Of a DNA stretch of 64,000 bases, positions 45,847 to 56,406 are shown one piece after another. Made by a program: the position numbers and the translations under genes. Within the stretch, counting starts at the first letter, position 1; each line of letters opens with the position of its first letter. The stretch is from Promethearchaeota archaeon Loki_b32 (GTDB lineage: Archaea; Asgardarchaeota; Lokiarchaeia; Sigyniarchaeales; SOKP01). Location of the stretch: positions 64,001-128,000 of the forward strand of contig NJBH01000006.1 of assembly GCA_005223125.1 (NCBI GenBank), given 5' to 3'. The notes below the pieces were generated by a model. It searched no databases. It was not told the origin of the DNA and saw only the letters and a program-made list of their open reading frames with translations.

Positions 45847-47418
45847 TTATTCATCTTGGATATAAGGTTTTCCAAAAAATATGCAAATTTCTGCTTTTTT
45901 CAATTCTCTACCTAAATAATTTAAATGATATACATCTTGCGTCAATTTAGATTGAATTATCTTTTTACTTAGTGCTTCAGAATTATCTCCAATAAAAGTC
46001 TGGAGTAAAATATCATCATTTGTATAGAAGAGAACATAAATTTTTCTTAAATAATGATTTACATAAATCCTAAAATAACCGTTTTCATCAGGAGTATATT
46101 CAGGAATTAATTCATTTACTAATATTGCTCTTTTGTCATTAAATTTTGGTGTTTTTTCATTTATTTTTCCCTTGGCTCTGAAAACTGAAATGCCTTGATT
46201 TATAGGAGGTGTTTTTTTGTGTTTAGCTACAAAATTTAACTTTACACTTTCTTTTAGTTCTCTTACTCCTCCCATCAATTTTGTACTATGTTCAACAGTA
46301 AAAAGAACGCCCATATCCTGCTCAATTGCAATACTTGCTAATAAGCCGTTAATTCCAACGGAATCTATATCCATTAGTTCAACTACGTTTGAGATTCCAA
46401 AAAATAAAGGGAGTTCAAAATTTTGATACTTATCTTCTGAAATTTTTTTTTTATATAAGAAATAAGTTTCTAATGAATTACAAATACCAGGAGTTATAGG
46501 AGTTTCTAATAAAGGATCAGCTATTAATTTTTTAAAGCCATTATTTTGCAATTCATTCGTCAGTTTAAATAAATTTTTAATACGTATTTCAGGATCTTTA
46601 GGAAAATATGCTTCCTTAACATTAGTAGGAAGTATAACAATAGGAATGTTTTTGGGAAGATTTAAGAATTCCTTATAATTACCTAAATCCAAACTTAGAA
46701 TTAGATCAATATCTTCATCAACAGCGGCATTAATCTCATCGGAATCCATTGAATCAACACTAATTAAAATATTAAAATTAGACCTTACTAATTTAATAAT
46801 CTCCTTTACTCTATCTGAATTTGGTTTATTAGAAACACAACCAATATCAATTATGTCTGCTCCAGAGCCTATATAGTGTTTAACTTTTTTGAGAATATTA
46901 TAATCGCTTTTTTCTGTACAGTTCACAATTTCTGCTATAATTGGGGGTGGTAAATTTCTACCAATTATTATTTTAGACTTTTCTTCATTCAAGTAATATG
47001 TGTGAAAGCTTAATTGATCTTTTGCTAATTCTAACTGTTTCTTTACTATTTCAGAAAACTCACTTTCTCCTGAAATCTCCATTAATCTATTTGCTGGTAT
47101 GGTATTAGATAATTCTAAATTCTCTAAATTTTTTAATATAGTTGGTATTTCAGATGCAAACTCGGGTCCTTTCCTAATTTTTATTGAATATTTATCTTCT
47201 AAATTCTTAGAATCCCACTGTACAAATCCAGGTATTAATACAATATCATAGTGAGAAATTTCTATTTGTTCTATTATCTTAGATGTTATAGATTCAGTAA
47301 GAAAAGCAGAAATTGTAATTGGTGCTTTTATAATATTTATATTATGCTCTTTAGAAGTTTTTGTTATCTTTTCTATTATATTATAGCTCTGTTGACCAGT
47401 AATTATTAGAATTTTAAT
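45847..47418 (-). CDS. Dihydropteroate synthase-like protein (methanopterin-associated), 523 aa with apparent ATT start
   Basis: 'GADIIDIG', 'SVDS', 'ADPLL', 'NVVELMDIDSVGIN', C-terminal 'YLGRELKKAE...Y.Q'. The frame is open 112 codons upstream of the ORF-track start (IKILIITG...LIPG...KGP). Confidence 0.88.
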   Translation of the reverse strand: MKILIITGQQSYNIIEKITKTSKEHNINIIKAPITISAFLTESITSKIIEQIEISHYDIVLIPGFVQWDSKNLEDKYSIKIRKGPEFASEIPTILKNLENLELSNTIPANRLMEISGESEFSEIVKKQLELAKDQLSFHTYYLNEEKSKIIIGRNLPPPIIAEIVNCTEKSDYNILKKVKHYIGSGADIIDIGCVSNKPNSDRVKEIIKLVRSNFNILISVDSMDSDEINAAVDEDIDLILSLDLGNYKEFLNLPKNIPIVILPTNVKEAYFPKDPEIRIKNLFKLTNELQNNGFKKLIADPLLETPITPGICNSLETYFLYKKKISEDKYQNFELPLFFGISNVVELMDIDSVGINGLLASIAIEQDMGVLFTVEHSTKLMGGVRELKESVKLNFVAKHKKTPPINQGISVFRAKGKINEKTPKFNDKRAILVNELIPEYTPDENGYFRIYVNHYLRKIYVLFYTNDDILLQTFIGDNSEALSKKIIQSKLTQDVYHLNYLGRELKKAEICIFFGKPYIQDE

Positions 47419-48505
47419 CTAAATCACTCATCAGCTTTTCTTTTTCAAATGGTATAAAAATATCATCCAAGATTGAACCTGTAGCTTCTTTTATTTTTAA
47501 ATTATCTATAATTGGTTCGAATCTTCCCCCTATGAGTCCATTGGCAATAAATGCCGCCCCTTGTGCAGCACGTTTAGAAATTTGACTAAAAGATTTCATT
47601 GTTCTGACAGGAGCAATATCTTTTAATCCACGAATCATTTTTTCTCGAAAATATACTAAATCTGATCCTCTCCCTGCCAATAAAACTTCTTTTATTTTAT
47701 CTTTAGAAGTAAAGGATGAAGATAGTCCAAATACTGCTTTTTTCACACTAGATAGGTAAGCTTTTAGAGCTAATTTTGTTTGATTGTCCTTCTTTGCGAG
47801 AAGGGTGATCTCTTTTAAACTCAAATTGGAATATCCAGAAATATATGCTACACCACCTTTATATATATTCTTTTTATGAATTGTTTTAATAAGATATGCT
47901 AGTTCTCCATCAAGAGATCCACATGCTCTAAATCCCATGATATTTGATCCTCCTATTCCATCAACAATTTGACCGTTTTCAATTGCCAAGACTGCTGTGA
48001 AACCATACCCTATCTCAACCATTATAAAATTTGTATCTTCTGGAGAGATTTTGAATCTTTCAATTTGATCTCTAATTCCAGTAACAGCTGTACAAATTTT
48101 ATCTGCAGTACCCATATCAATTTTATTAATTTTTTGATGTCTAGGAACAGTAGTTAAATGCTTAACTCCAGGGACAATAATGCCAGCAATTTTTTGAGCT
48201 TTAATTAATCTTAGAACTTCTCCAAGACCAACCAACTTATTTTTTTCTTTCTGGTCAAATTTTAGTAATGTAAAAAAAATATCTTGTTCTGTTAATTCAT
48301 GTACATCTTTTAAAGGAAGCCCAAACCCACTTGGAGCGACCATTAAATCAATATCTTTTACAGAATTTATTATAGTTAAAGCTTTTTGAGGATCAGAAAT
48401 TAATTCTGTAGTGGGTAATGAGGTATCTAAAATTATTTTGTCATCTTCTAGCCCGAAGAAATCCCAGCTCTTCGATCCGGGGTCTATACCGAGAACTCTA
48501 TACAT
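47414..48505 (-). CDS. DUF1464 / ASKHA kinase-like protein
   Basis: 'GIDPGSKSWD', 'APSGFG', 'DMGTADK', 'G.LDGELAY'. Confidence 0.85.
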   Translation of the reverse strand: MYRVLGIDPGSKSWDFFGLEDDKIILDTSLPTTELISDPQKALTIINSVKDIDLMVAPSGFGLPLKDVHELTEQDIFFTLLKFDQKEKNKLVGLGEVLRLIKAQKIAGIIVPGVKHLTTVPRHQKINKIDMGTADKICTAVTGIRDQIERFKISPEDTNFIMVEIGYGFTAVLAIENGQIVDGIGGSNIMGFRACGSLDGELAYLIKTIHKKNIYKGGVAYISGYSNLSLKEITLLAKKDNQTKLALKAYLSSVKKAVFGLSSSFTSKDKIKEVLLAGRGSDLVYFREKMIRGLKDIAPVRTMKSFSQISKRAAQGAAFIANGLIGGRFEPIIDNLKIKEATGSILDDIFIPFEKEKLMSDLD

Positions 48506-48717
48506 CGATAATCAGACTTAATATATTAATACATTTTAAAAGATTCTATAATTCTTTTTATATTCTATTTTTTTTTAATAATTGCTTTTAACTGAATCTT
48601 TTTTTAGAATTAAAGTTAAAACTATAAAAATTGTGGAAATTTTTACTAATTTAATCTATACATGAAATCTTATACTAAGTTGTAAGATAAGAATTTAAAA
48701 AAAAGTGGTGAAAAAAG

Positions 48718-49248
48718 ATTATTGTTAAAGTTTTTGTATGTAAGATCTGTGGAGAAGCGTTTATTGGGGAAGAAGCTCCAAGTCGATGTCCTTTTTGTGG
48801 TGCATTTAAAAAGTATTTTGTAGAATCGACAGAGTATGATGATACTGGCGCGTGGGATGTCGAATTAAATGAAAAAGATAAAGCAAATGCTCAAAAAGCC
48901 TTAGAAGTTGAAGTATCAAATAATATTTTTTATAAATGTGCAAGTAAAAAGACACCAGAATTAGATGGTCAAAAAATATTTAAAATTCTTGCTAAGGTTG
49001 AAGCTGAACATGCATCAGTATGGAAAAAAATACTCAAACTAGACAAGGTTGAATATCCTAAATATGATAAATGTGTTGCAGAATATAAACCAAATTTAGA
49101 AGAATCTCATGCACGAGAAGATAGAGCTATAAAATTCTATGGTCAGGCTGCTGCTGAGGCTGAAAATGCACGAGTAAAGGAAATATTTAAAGCTTTTGTA
49201 GAAGTGGAAACAGATCATCTTCATCTCTCGGAAGCCAGACTTAAGTAA
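48718..49248 (+). CDS. Rubrerythrin-like protein (N-terminal rubredoxin plus ferritin-like diiron domain); absent from ORF track, ATT start
   Basis: Manual translation: (I)IVKVFVCKICGEAFIGEEAPSRCPFCGA...ALEVE...FY...VEAEH...E.RA.KFY...VETDH...RLK*. In-frame TGA at 48709 lies within the GGTGA SD. Confidence 0.9.
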   Translation: MIVKVFVCKICGEAFIGEEAPSRCPFCGAFKKYFVESTEYDDTGAWDVELNEKDKANAQKALEVEVSNNIFYKCASKKTPELDGQKIFKILAKVEAEHASVWKKILKLDKVEYPKYDKCVAEYKPNLEESHAREDRAIKFYGQAAAEAENARVKEIFKAFVEVETDHLHLSEARLK

Positions 49249-49400
49249 ATTGAGTTTTTACATTTTAGCATCAATTATTTTTTAAAAATTATTTAATTTT
49301 TTTACTATATACCAAGTTCCCCTTTGTCAAGGATTTGAAATTGAAAACCTTATTATACATTTTATTTTTTTTTTAATTATTCTAATTAGGAGAAAATATT

Positions 49401-50909
49401 ATGCCCCAAAAACCGAATATTATCTTTATGTTAAATGATCATCAAGCTTTTTATGGTCATGGTAAGATGGTTGGAGGTCCAAAAATTCATAGGCCAAATA
49501 TCGAAAGACTCGCTACTGAAGGAATAGAATTCACCCAAGCATATACTGCATGCCCATTATGTGGCCCAGCAAGGCGAACTATGCTTACTGGTTTGTTTCC
49601 TCATAATCATGGTGAAATCAGGAATGAAACAAATCATAAATATGATAAAGAACTTTACTTAAATAGACTCGCAAAAGCGGGATACAAAAATTATTATTAT
49701 GGAAAGTGGCACGCAGGGAGGGGTAGTGCCCTTGATTTTCAATGCAAAGGTTTCAGTAGTGGTTCTACATATGGGAATCCATATGCAACTCAAGAATATA
49801 AGGATTATTTAAAAAAACATAATCTCCCTTTTATTCAAGTAAAGATACAAAATAATTTTTTAGGTCCTGAACACCCGTTTGCTAAAGCTCTTGATATTAA
49901 AGAAGGTGAACTTTATAATCCTATATTTCCTGTATTGTCTCAGGAATTTACAGGAATCATGACTACTCCTAAAGAAACCCATGAAGCTTTTTTTTTAGCT
50001 TCCCTAGCTTGTGAAAAACTGCTAGAAATCGCAGAACGTAATAAATCACACCCATTTCATTTACGTGTTGATTTTTGGGGACCTCATTTCCCATATTATG
50101 CGACTCAAGAATATTTAGATTTATATAATCCAACGAATATCCCTGAACTTCCCAACTTTCGGGATGACTTAAAAGATAAACCAGAGATCTATAAATTGAA
50201 TCACCATTATCCCATAAGTGAAAATGGTGAGTTATTATCTCCAAATCCATTACCTTGGTCAGAATGGCAAAAAGTTTTAGCACTTAATTATGCACAGCAA
50301 TCTTTAATAGATGAAGCAGGTGGAATGGTTCTTAATACATTAGAAGAGCTTGGCTTAAAAGATAATACACTTATTATTTGGGCAAGTGATCATGGCGATG
50401 CAGTTGGATGTCACGGAGGCCATTTTGACAAAGGTAGCTATATGCCACAAGAAATGGTCCGTATTCCAATGGTAATAAGTTATCCAGATTATATCCCTAA
50501 ATGTAAAAAATATGATAAACTTGTTAGTAATCTTGATTTAGCCCCTACATTTTTAGATGCCGCTGGAATAGCTTTTAATGAGACTCTTGATGGTCAAAGT
50601 TTATTACCTTTATTTACACAAAAAGATACTCAATGGCGTGAAGATTTGATGTGTGAAACCCATGGTCATTGGGATAATCATGTAGGCCGTTTAGTTGTGA
50701 CGGATAGATACAAATATATTTGGAATGACGAGGATATGGATGAACTCTATGATTTGAAAAATGATCCGTTTGAGTTAAAGAATTTAATTCATTACAAAGA
50801 ATATAAAGATATACTTGCCAATATGAAAACCCGTTTAAATAATTGGCGTCTAAAAACAGGGGATAACGTAAGAAAAAGTATGATAAAAGGAAAAAAATTA
50901 AGAAAGTAG
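49401..50909 (+). CDS. Sulfatase family (Cys-type formylglycine)
   Basis: 'PNIIF', C-G-P-A-R..LTG, 'GKWH', 'SDHG', 'ELYDL..DP.E..N'. Confidence 0.92.
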   Translation: MPQKPNIIFMLNDHQAFYGHGKMVGGPKIHRPNIERLATEGIEFTQAYTACPLCGPARRTMLTGLFPHNHGEIRNETNHKYDKELYLNRLAKAGYKNYYYGKWHAGRGSALDFQCKGFSSGSTYGNPYATQEYKDYLKKHNLPFIQVKIQNNFLGPEHPFAKALDIKEGELYNPIFPVLSQEFTGIMTTPKETHEAFFLASLACEKLLEIAERNKSHPFHLRVDFWGPHFPYYATQEYLDLYNPTNIPELPNFRDDLKDKPEIYKLNHHYPISENGELLSPNPLPWSEWQKVLALNYAQQSLIDEAGGMVLNTLEELGLKDNTLIIWASDHGDAVGCHGGHFDKGSYMPQEMVRIPMVISYPDYIPKCKKYDKLVSNLDLAPTFLDAAGIAFNETLDGQSLLPLFTQKDTQWREDLMCETHGHWDNHVGRLVVTDRYKYIWNDEDMDELYDLKNDPFELKNLIHYKEYKDILANMKTRLNNWRLKTGDNVRKSMIKGKKLRK

Positions 50910-51150
50910 AATTTTTTAATAAACTTCCTTATAATTCTCGGTATAATTGAATGAGAACCTTAAAGAGAAACTTTTCATTAATTTCTTTTATTTTATTAAA
51001 GTTAATATTCATTTTAGCAAAAATTTTTATTAAAAATAAATTGAAGTTTTAAAAACGGAGTTGATTTAAATAAAATTAGAAGAAGATCTCTTAAATTATT
51101 AAGAGATTTAAAATTATATTTAATCATTAAGATTGAAAAGGTTGGAAAGA

Positions 51151-53655
51151 ATGAGTAAAATCAATGAAAATAATGTTTACCAAGAAAAAGTACCAAAATT
51201 TCCCATTGCTGAACCGCATGATCTTTCTCCTCGTTCTAAATGGCTTAGAAACTATTTCTATAAGGGATTAGATCGCGAATGGAATAACCAAATTTCACCA
51301 TTTACTACTGGAACAGATTGGGATATCATTTTCCATGAGGGAGATTGGTATATTAATCCTGAAATATATTATTATATTCAGATTCTGGGAAAGAATGATC
51401 AAGGTGTATTTGCATCATCCTATAGATCAATGGCTATACCAGTTGAATTACCAGATAATTTTTGGGAATTATCTCTACCAGAACGTAGAGCTTCATTTTT
51501 AGAAAAAGTTATGCTTGATTATATTCCTCAGGAAATTATTTCTGAAAACGATTTAATTGCAGGAGGAAGATTTAATACCCATTTAAGCAGATGTTTTAAT
51601 AAGGAAGAAGCGAAAGAATATTGGAAGAAAAATATAAGAAATAGAGAAGCTGTTTTTAAATACCATAAATCTGGTTTCGGAAATTTAGGAGCGGTGCCTG
51701 GTCATCTTATCCCGGATTATGAAACTGTGGTAAAAAAAGGGTTTAAATATTTCTATGAAAAAGCTTGTAAAACATATGATAACCTTCGCGAAGAGGAAAA
51801 AAATGGCCCTAAAGGAGAAGAACTTAAGGCAATGATTATCTCAGCAAAAATTCCAAAGAAATTAGCAAAAAAATATGCTGAAGAATGTCGAAGATTAAAA
51901 AACGAGGCAAGTAAGCCTGAAAGGGTTGAAGAACTTGAACAAATGGCAAAAAATTTAGAAAGAGTACCATGGGAACCTGCTGAGACTTTCTGGCAAGGAA
52001 TTCAAGCAGTTTGGCTAATTCACATGCAGGTAATGGCTGAAGAATCGTATCCTGGAGCAGGCCTCTCTTTTGGAAGAATTGATCAGTATCTTTGGGATTT
52101 GTATAAAAAGGATGTTATTGAGCAAGAACTATTCACTAAAGAATTTGCAAAAGATATTTTAGGCAGTTTCTGGTTTCATTGTAATACTGTGTATGATGCA
52201 ATGATTAGAGTTGGTAATCAGGGAATAATATCAGCATACGGTCAGATTATAACACTTTCTGGATGTGGTCCAAATGGAGAGGATTTAACAAATGAACTTA
52301 CATACACTATGCTTGAAGTTATAGATTCATGGTATCCAAGTCTTGAGCCTAAACCTAACGTAAGAATTCATAGAAATTCTCCGGATAAACTTTTGGATAT
52401 ATTAGTAGATATAATTGCAAGATCTCAAGGCGCTCCTTTCATTCTGAATTTTGACGAGAGAAGTATTGCTGGAATGGTTAAAGAAGGCATACCTAAAGAA
52501 GAAGCTTGGAATTATGGTGTAGTAGGTTGCCTAGAAAATACAATGCAAGGTAACGATAGAAGTGGAACTGTAAATTGTAATCCTAATTTAACTAAATCTA
52601 TAGAATTAACACTATGGAATGGCAAAAATATGCCTGGAAATGATATTGTTACTAAATCTGGCGAACAAATCGGACCAGCAACAGGAGATGCTGAAAATTT
52701 TCAAACATGGGAAGAGTTTTATAACGCTTGGAAAGAACAAGTTAAATTTATTATTAAATATAATGTGGATGTAAATAATTTATGCGAAGAGCTTCGAGGT
52801 GATTTTATTCGCACTCCATTCTTGTCATCGATTGTTCGAGGATGTATAGAGCAAGGTTTAGATATTACAAATGGAGGTCCTGAATTAAGATTCGTAACGG
52901 TTGAAGGAGTGGGATTTGCTACAACAGTAGATTCATTATTATCAATTAAGAAGCTTGTATATGAGGATAAGAAATATACAATGGCACAAATTAAAGATTC
53001 CTTAATGAATGACTTCAAAAGAAACGAAGTAATGCAAACTTATTTAATGAATAAAGCTCCTAAATATGGAAACGATGAAGATGATGCTGATAAATTTTCT
53101 AAAATGGTAATGGAAACATGGGCTGAAGAATGTTGGAGATATAAAACACCAACTAATTATCAATATCGCCCGGGAATGTTATCATGGAACTACTGGGCTG
53201 GAGCAGATGCTAGTTTTACAATAGCAACACCAAATGGACGGAATAAGGGATCATTTCTATCAAATGCAATCTGTCCCACCGATGGAGTAGATATAAAAGG
53301 ACCTACAGCAGTTACTAATTCTGTTGGTAAAGTATTAGGAGGAAAAACTGAATCTGGAGAATACATTAATTGTTTACCCAATGGAGCAAGCCATACAATT
53401 ACCTTTAATCCATCTATAATTAAAGATCCAGAGCATAAAGAGAAATTTAAAGATTATTTAAGAGGTTATATAGAAAACGGAGGTACTGCCCTACAAATCA
53501 ATATGCTCGATGCTAAAATGCTAAAAGATGCTCAAAAACATCCCGAAAATTATAAGAATCTTTTAGTAAGAGTAACAGGCTATAACGCATACTTCACCAC
53601 CATTGGTAGAGAATTACAGGATGAGATAATCGCAAGAGAATCTCATAGAATCTAG
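51151..53655 (+). CDS. Glycyl radical enzyme (PFL2/dehydratase-like, substrate unknown)
   Basis: 'GRIDQYL', Cys loop 'GCLE', Gly loop 'LLVRVTGY'. Confidence 0.93.
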   Translation: MSKINENNVYQEKVPKFPIAEPHDLSPRSKWLRNYFYKGLDREWNNQISPFTTGTDWDIIFHEGDWYINPEIYYYIQILGKNDQGVFASSYRSMAIPVELPDNFWELSLPERRASFLEKVMLDYIPQEIISENDLIAGGRFNTHLSRCFNKEEAKEYWKKNIRNREAVFKYHKSGFGNLGAVPGHLIPDYETVVKKGFKYFYEKACKTYDNLREEEKNGPKGEELKAMIISAKIPKKLAKKYAEECRRLKNEASKPERVEELEQMAKNLERVPWEPAETFWQGIQAVWLIHMQVMAEESYPGAGLSFGRIDQYLWDLYKKDVIEQELFTKEFAKDILGSFWFHCNTVYDAMIRVGNQGIISAYGQIITLSGCGPNGEDLTNELTYTMLEVIDSWYPSLEPKPNVRIHRNSPDKLLDILVDIIARSQGAPFILNFDERSIAGMVKEGIPKEEAWNYGVVGCLENTMQGNDRSGTVNCNPNLTKSIELTLWNGKNMPGNDIVTKSGEQIGPATGDAENFQTWEEFYNAWKEQVKFIIKYNVDVNNLCEELRGDFIRTPFLSSIVRGCIEQGLDITNGGPELRFVTVEGVGFATTVDSLLSIKKLVYEDKKYTMAQIKDSLMNDFKRNEVMQTYLMNKAPKYGNDEDDADKFSKMVMETWAEECWRYKTPTNYQYRPGMLSWNYWAGADASFTIATPNGRNKGSFLSNAICPTDGVDIKGPTAVTNSVGKVLGGKTESGEYINCLPNGASHTITFNPSIIKDPEHKEKFKDYLRGYIENGGTALQINMLDAKMLKDAQKHPENYKNLLVRVTGYNAYFTTIGRELQDEIIARESHRI

Positions 53656-53709
53656 AAATTTATATTTATTTTCCAATTATTATTAAAACCAAAGTAAAAT
53701 TTTAAGATA

Positions 53710-54711
53710 ATGGCAACGTCTGAAGCTTTAATTTTTCAAATTCAAAAATTTTCAACAGAAGATGGTCCAGGTATCCGAACAACCGTTTTTTTTAAACAAT
53801 GTCCATTAAAATGCATTTGGTGTCATAATCCTGAATCTATACTTAAAACACCTCAACTTGAATGGTTTAAACATAAATGTATTGGATGCAAAACATGTAT
53901 AGAATCATGTCTACAAAATACATTATCTTTTGACAATAATGGCTTATTAATAGATAGAGAAAAATGTAATGAGTGTGGAGTATGTGTAGAAGAATGTCCT
54001 TCTACAGCATTAAATATGTTAGGTGAATGGTGGACATTAGAAGATCTATTTTATGAAATAGAAAAAGATAAAGTTTATTACACTAAATCTCAAGGAGGCA
54101 TAACAGTCTCTGGTGGTGAACCAACACAACAACCTGATTTCATAACTGATTTTTTGAAAAAATGTAAAGAGAATGGAATATCTACTGCTATAGATACTTG
54201 TGGATATTCATCCAAAATCATTTATGAACAAATATTACCTTATGTAGATTTAGTACTTTTAGATATAAAACATATAGATTCTGATAAGCATAAAGAATAT
54301 ACTGGTGTTCCTAATGAAGTAATATTAGAAAATGCTATTTGGATTTCTAATAATTTGAAAAGAAATGATAAAAAAATGTGGATTAGGACACCCATTATCC
54401 CAAATTATACTGCTATAGATGAAAATATTAAAGGAATAGGCGAGTTTATTGTCAGTAAATTAGAAAATTTTCCTGAAAGATGGGATCTTCTTTCTTTTAA
54501 TAATCTTTGCATTTCAAAATATGAAAGATTAGATATGGAATGGTCCTTGAAGAATGAACCATTAATGAAAAAGGAAGATATGGAACATTTTCTTAAGATT
54601 GCGGAAAATATAGGTGTTAAAAAACCACATTGGTCAGGATTGACAAAGAGAACCGAGGATGATGATATGAATGCCGATAGAAGTAAAAAATCAACAACAC
54701 CATCTTGTTGA
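53710..54711 (+). CDS. Glycyl-radical activating enzyme with ferredoxin insert
   Basis: 'DGPGIRTTVF', CPLKCIWCHNPE, two CxxCxxCxxxC, 'SGGEP'. Confidence 0.95.
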   Translation: MATSEALIFQIQKFSTEDGPGIRTTVFFKQCPLKCIWCHNPESILKTPQLEWFKHKCIGCKTCIESCLQNTLSFDNNGLLIDREKCNECGVCVEECPSTALNMLGEWWTLEDLFYEIEKDKVYYTKSQGGITVSGGEPTQQPDFITDFLKKCKENGISTAIDTCGYSSKIIYEQILPYVDLVLLDIKHIDSDKHKEYTGVPNEVILENAIWISNNLKRNDKKMWIRTPIIPNYTAIDENIKGIGEFIVSKLENFPERWDLLSFNNLCISKYERLDMEWSLKNEPLMKKEDMEHFLKIAENIGVKKPHWSGLTKRTEDDDMNADRSKKSTTPSC

Positions 54712-54756
54712 TGATATCCATTAAGAATTTAAATAAGATAAAAAACTTGATAAAAT

Positions 54757-55635
54757 ATGAGTGAAGATAATAATAAATTTGGGTGGGATTCTGAATTTTC
54801 AGATGAACTTATTGAATTTACTCAACCAGACATAATGGTAAAATTAGTTTCTACAATAGATTTAAGAGGTTGGCCCCATCTTACAATAATTACATCAAAT
54901 CGGGGGAAAAGTAGAGATCAAATAGTATGGGGGCAATTTTATGCAGGCACGAGTAAAGAATATGTGCAAAAAGATCCAAAACAAGGAATTTTTTATATGA
55001 CTACAGAAGCTCCATTTAAGTTCATCCAAGTAAAAGCTGATTTTACTCATACTAAAAACGAAGGAGAAGACCTTGACTATTTCAATCAATCAGATTTTTT
55101 TCGATATTTTACGTATATTAACGTTTATAAAGTTTTTTATAACGATGTTGTTGCTGTAACTCCTATTAGAAATCTACCTCCTGGTAATATACCAAGAAAA
55201 ATTGTTAAAGCTATTATTAAAGAAGCAAAAACTAATATAGAAGAGAAGAGACTAAATGTTATAGGATATAAGCTATTTACTAATAAAATTGGTGTTAGAG
55301 CGATAGCATATATCGATCCATCTGATGGGTATCCCGTAATTATTCCACATCTTCAACTAAATGCTGTTGATCATAATAGACTATATTTCCCATTGACAGC
55401 ATTAAAGGAAGATTTTTTAAAGATCCCTGTTAATTCAAAAGTTGCTGTAATTGGCGCTAATTTCGATATGGCTAGCCAAGTAGTGAAAGGAACATTTACA
55501 GGGATTCATTCAGTTGAAAGCATCGAATATGGATTAATAGATATTGAAGAGATATATAATAGTTCTCCACCTATAGTTGGTAAAATTTATCCTGAAATTG
55601 AAACAAGACCAAAGGTAAACAATTTTACTCTTTAA
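54757..55635 (+). CDS. Tandem split-barrel (PNPOx-like) protein
   Basis: Two related halves: 'STID.RGWPH' and 'AYIDPSDGYP'. Confidence 0.65.
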   Translation: MSEDNNKFGWDSEFSDELIEFTQPDIMVKLVSTIDLRGWPHLTIITSNRGKSRDQIVWGQFYAGTSKEYVQKDPKQGIFYMTTEAPFKFIQVKADFTHTKNEGEDLDYFNQSDFFRYFTYINVYKVFYNDVVAVTPIRNLPPGNIPRKIVKAIIKEAKTNIEEKRLNVIGYKLFTNKIGVRAIAYIDPSDGYPVIIPHLQLNAVDHNRLYFPLTALKEDFLKIPVNSKVAVIGANFDMASQVVKGTFTGIHSVESIEYGLIDIEEIYNSSPPIVGKIYPEIETRPKVNNFTL

Positions 55636-55701
55636 ATTTTTACTTTAGAGAATAACCTAAAAAAGGTCAAGAAGAAGAAAATTACATATTCTCATAATTG
55701 G

Positions 55702-56406
55702 ATGAAGATGTTTAATTATCAAGACTTCGGACTAAAAGAAGGTAATTTATATGAAATTATAGCTACAACCTATTCTATAACAAAAAACGGTAAGGAAATT
55801 AGGCCAAATGCTTCTTGTATGGGCATTAGAATGATAGAAGGAGAACAAATACAAATATCTCCTTTCTACAATACAATTACTTATAAAAACTTGAAGGAGT
55901 ATAGTACAATTGCAATCAATTTCGTTGATGATGTATATTTATATGCTTTAGCTGCTTTAAAAGAATCAGAATCTCCTATTAATTTGACAGATTTTCCCTT
56001 AAAATACTATGATTTTAAACATTTAGAATCTCGTGCTATGGATGTACCTTATATAAAAAAAGCATGGGGAATTTTAATATGTGAAGTTTCACATGAATTT
56101 CAAAAAACTAAAAATGATGATCTAGGAGAAGTTATTGTGCCCGTGTTTAAATTAGATGTTATTTTTACTGAAAAGCTTCAAGAAACTCATAAATTATTTA
56201 ATAGAGCAGAAAATTTAGCTTTAGAAACAATAATTTTAGCAACTCGGTTAAAAGTTGCAGGAAAAAACCAAAACCAACCTCTTTTTTCTGAAATTTATAA
56301 AAAAATAAATGATTATAAGGAAAATATTAAAAGATTTGGCAAAAATGAACAAGCACTACAGACAATTGATCTTGTAAGTAGATATATTAATAATTTAATA
56401 CTTTAG
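55702..56406 (+). CDS. DUF447 family protein
   Basis: 'YEIIATT', 'PNASCMGI', 'T.KNL', 'FNRA...ALE..I.ATR'. Confidence 0.8.
   Translation: MKMFNYQDFGLKEGNLYEIIATTYSITKNGKEIRPNASCMGIRMIEGEQIQISPFYNTITYKNLKEYSTIAINFVDDVYLYALAALKESESPINLTDFPLKYYDFKHLESRAMDVPYIKKAWGILICEVSHEFQKTKNDDLGEVIVPVFKLDVIFTEKLQETHKLFNRAENLALETIILATRLKVAGKNQNQPLFSEIYKKINDYKENIKRFGKNEQALQTIDLVSRYINNLIL

Noticed and set aside
51151-53655. Pyruvate formate-lyase (pflB)
   Set aside because: It lacks the adjacent Cys-Cys active site, having GCLE instead, and its activase carries a ferredoxin insert.
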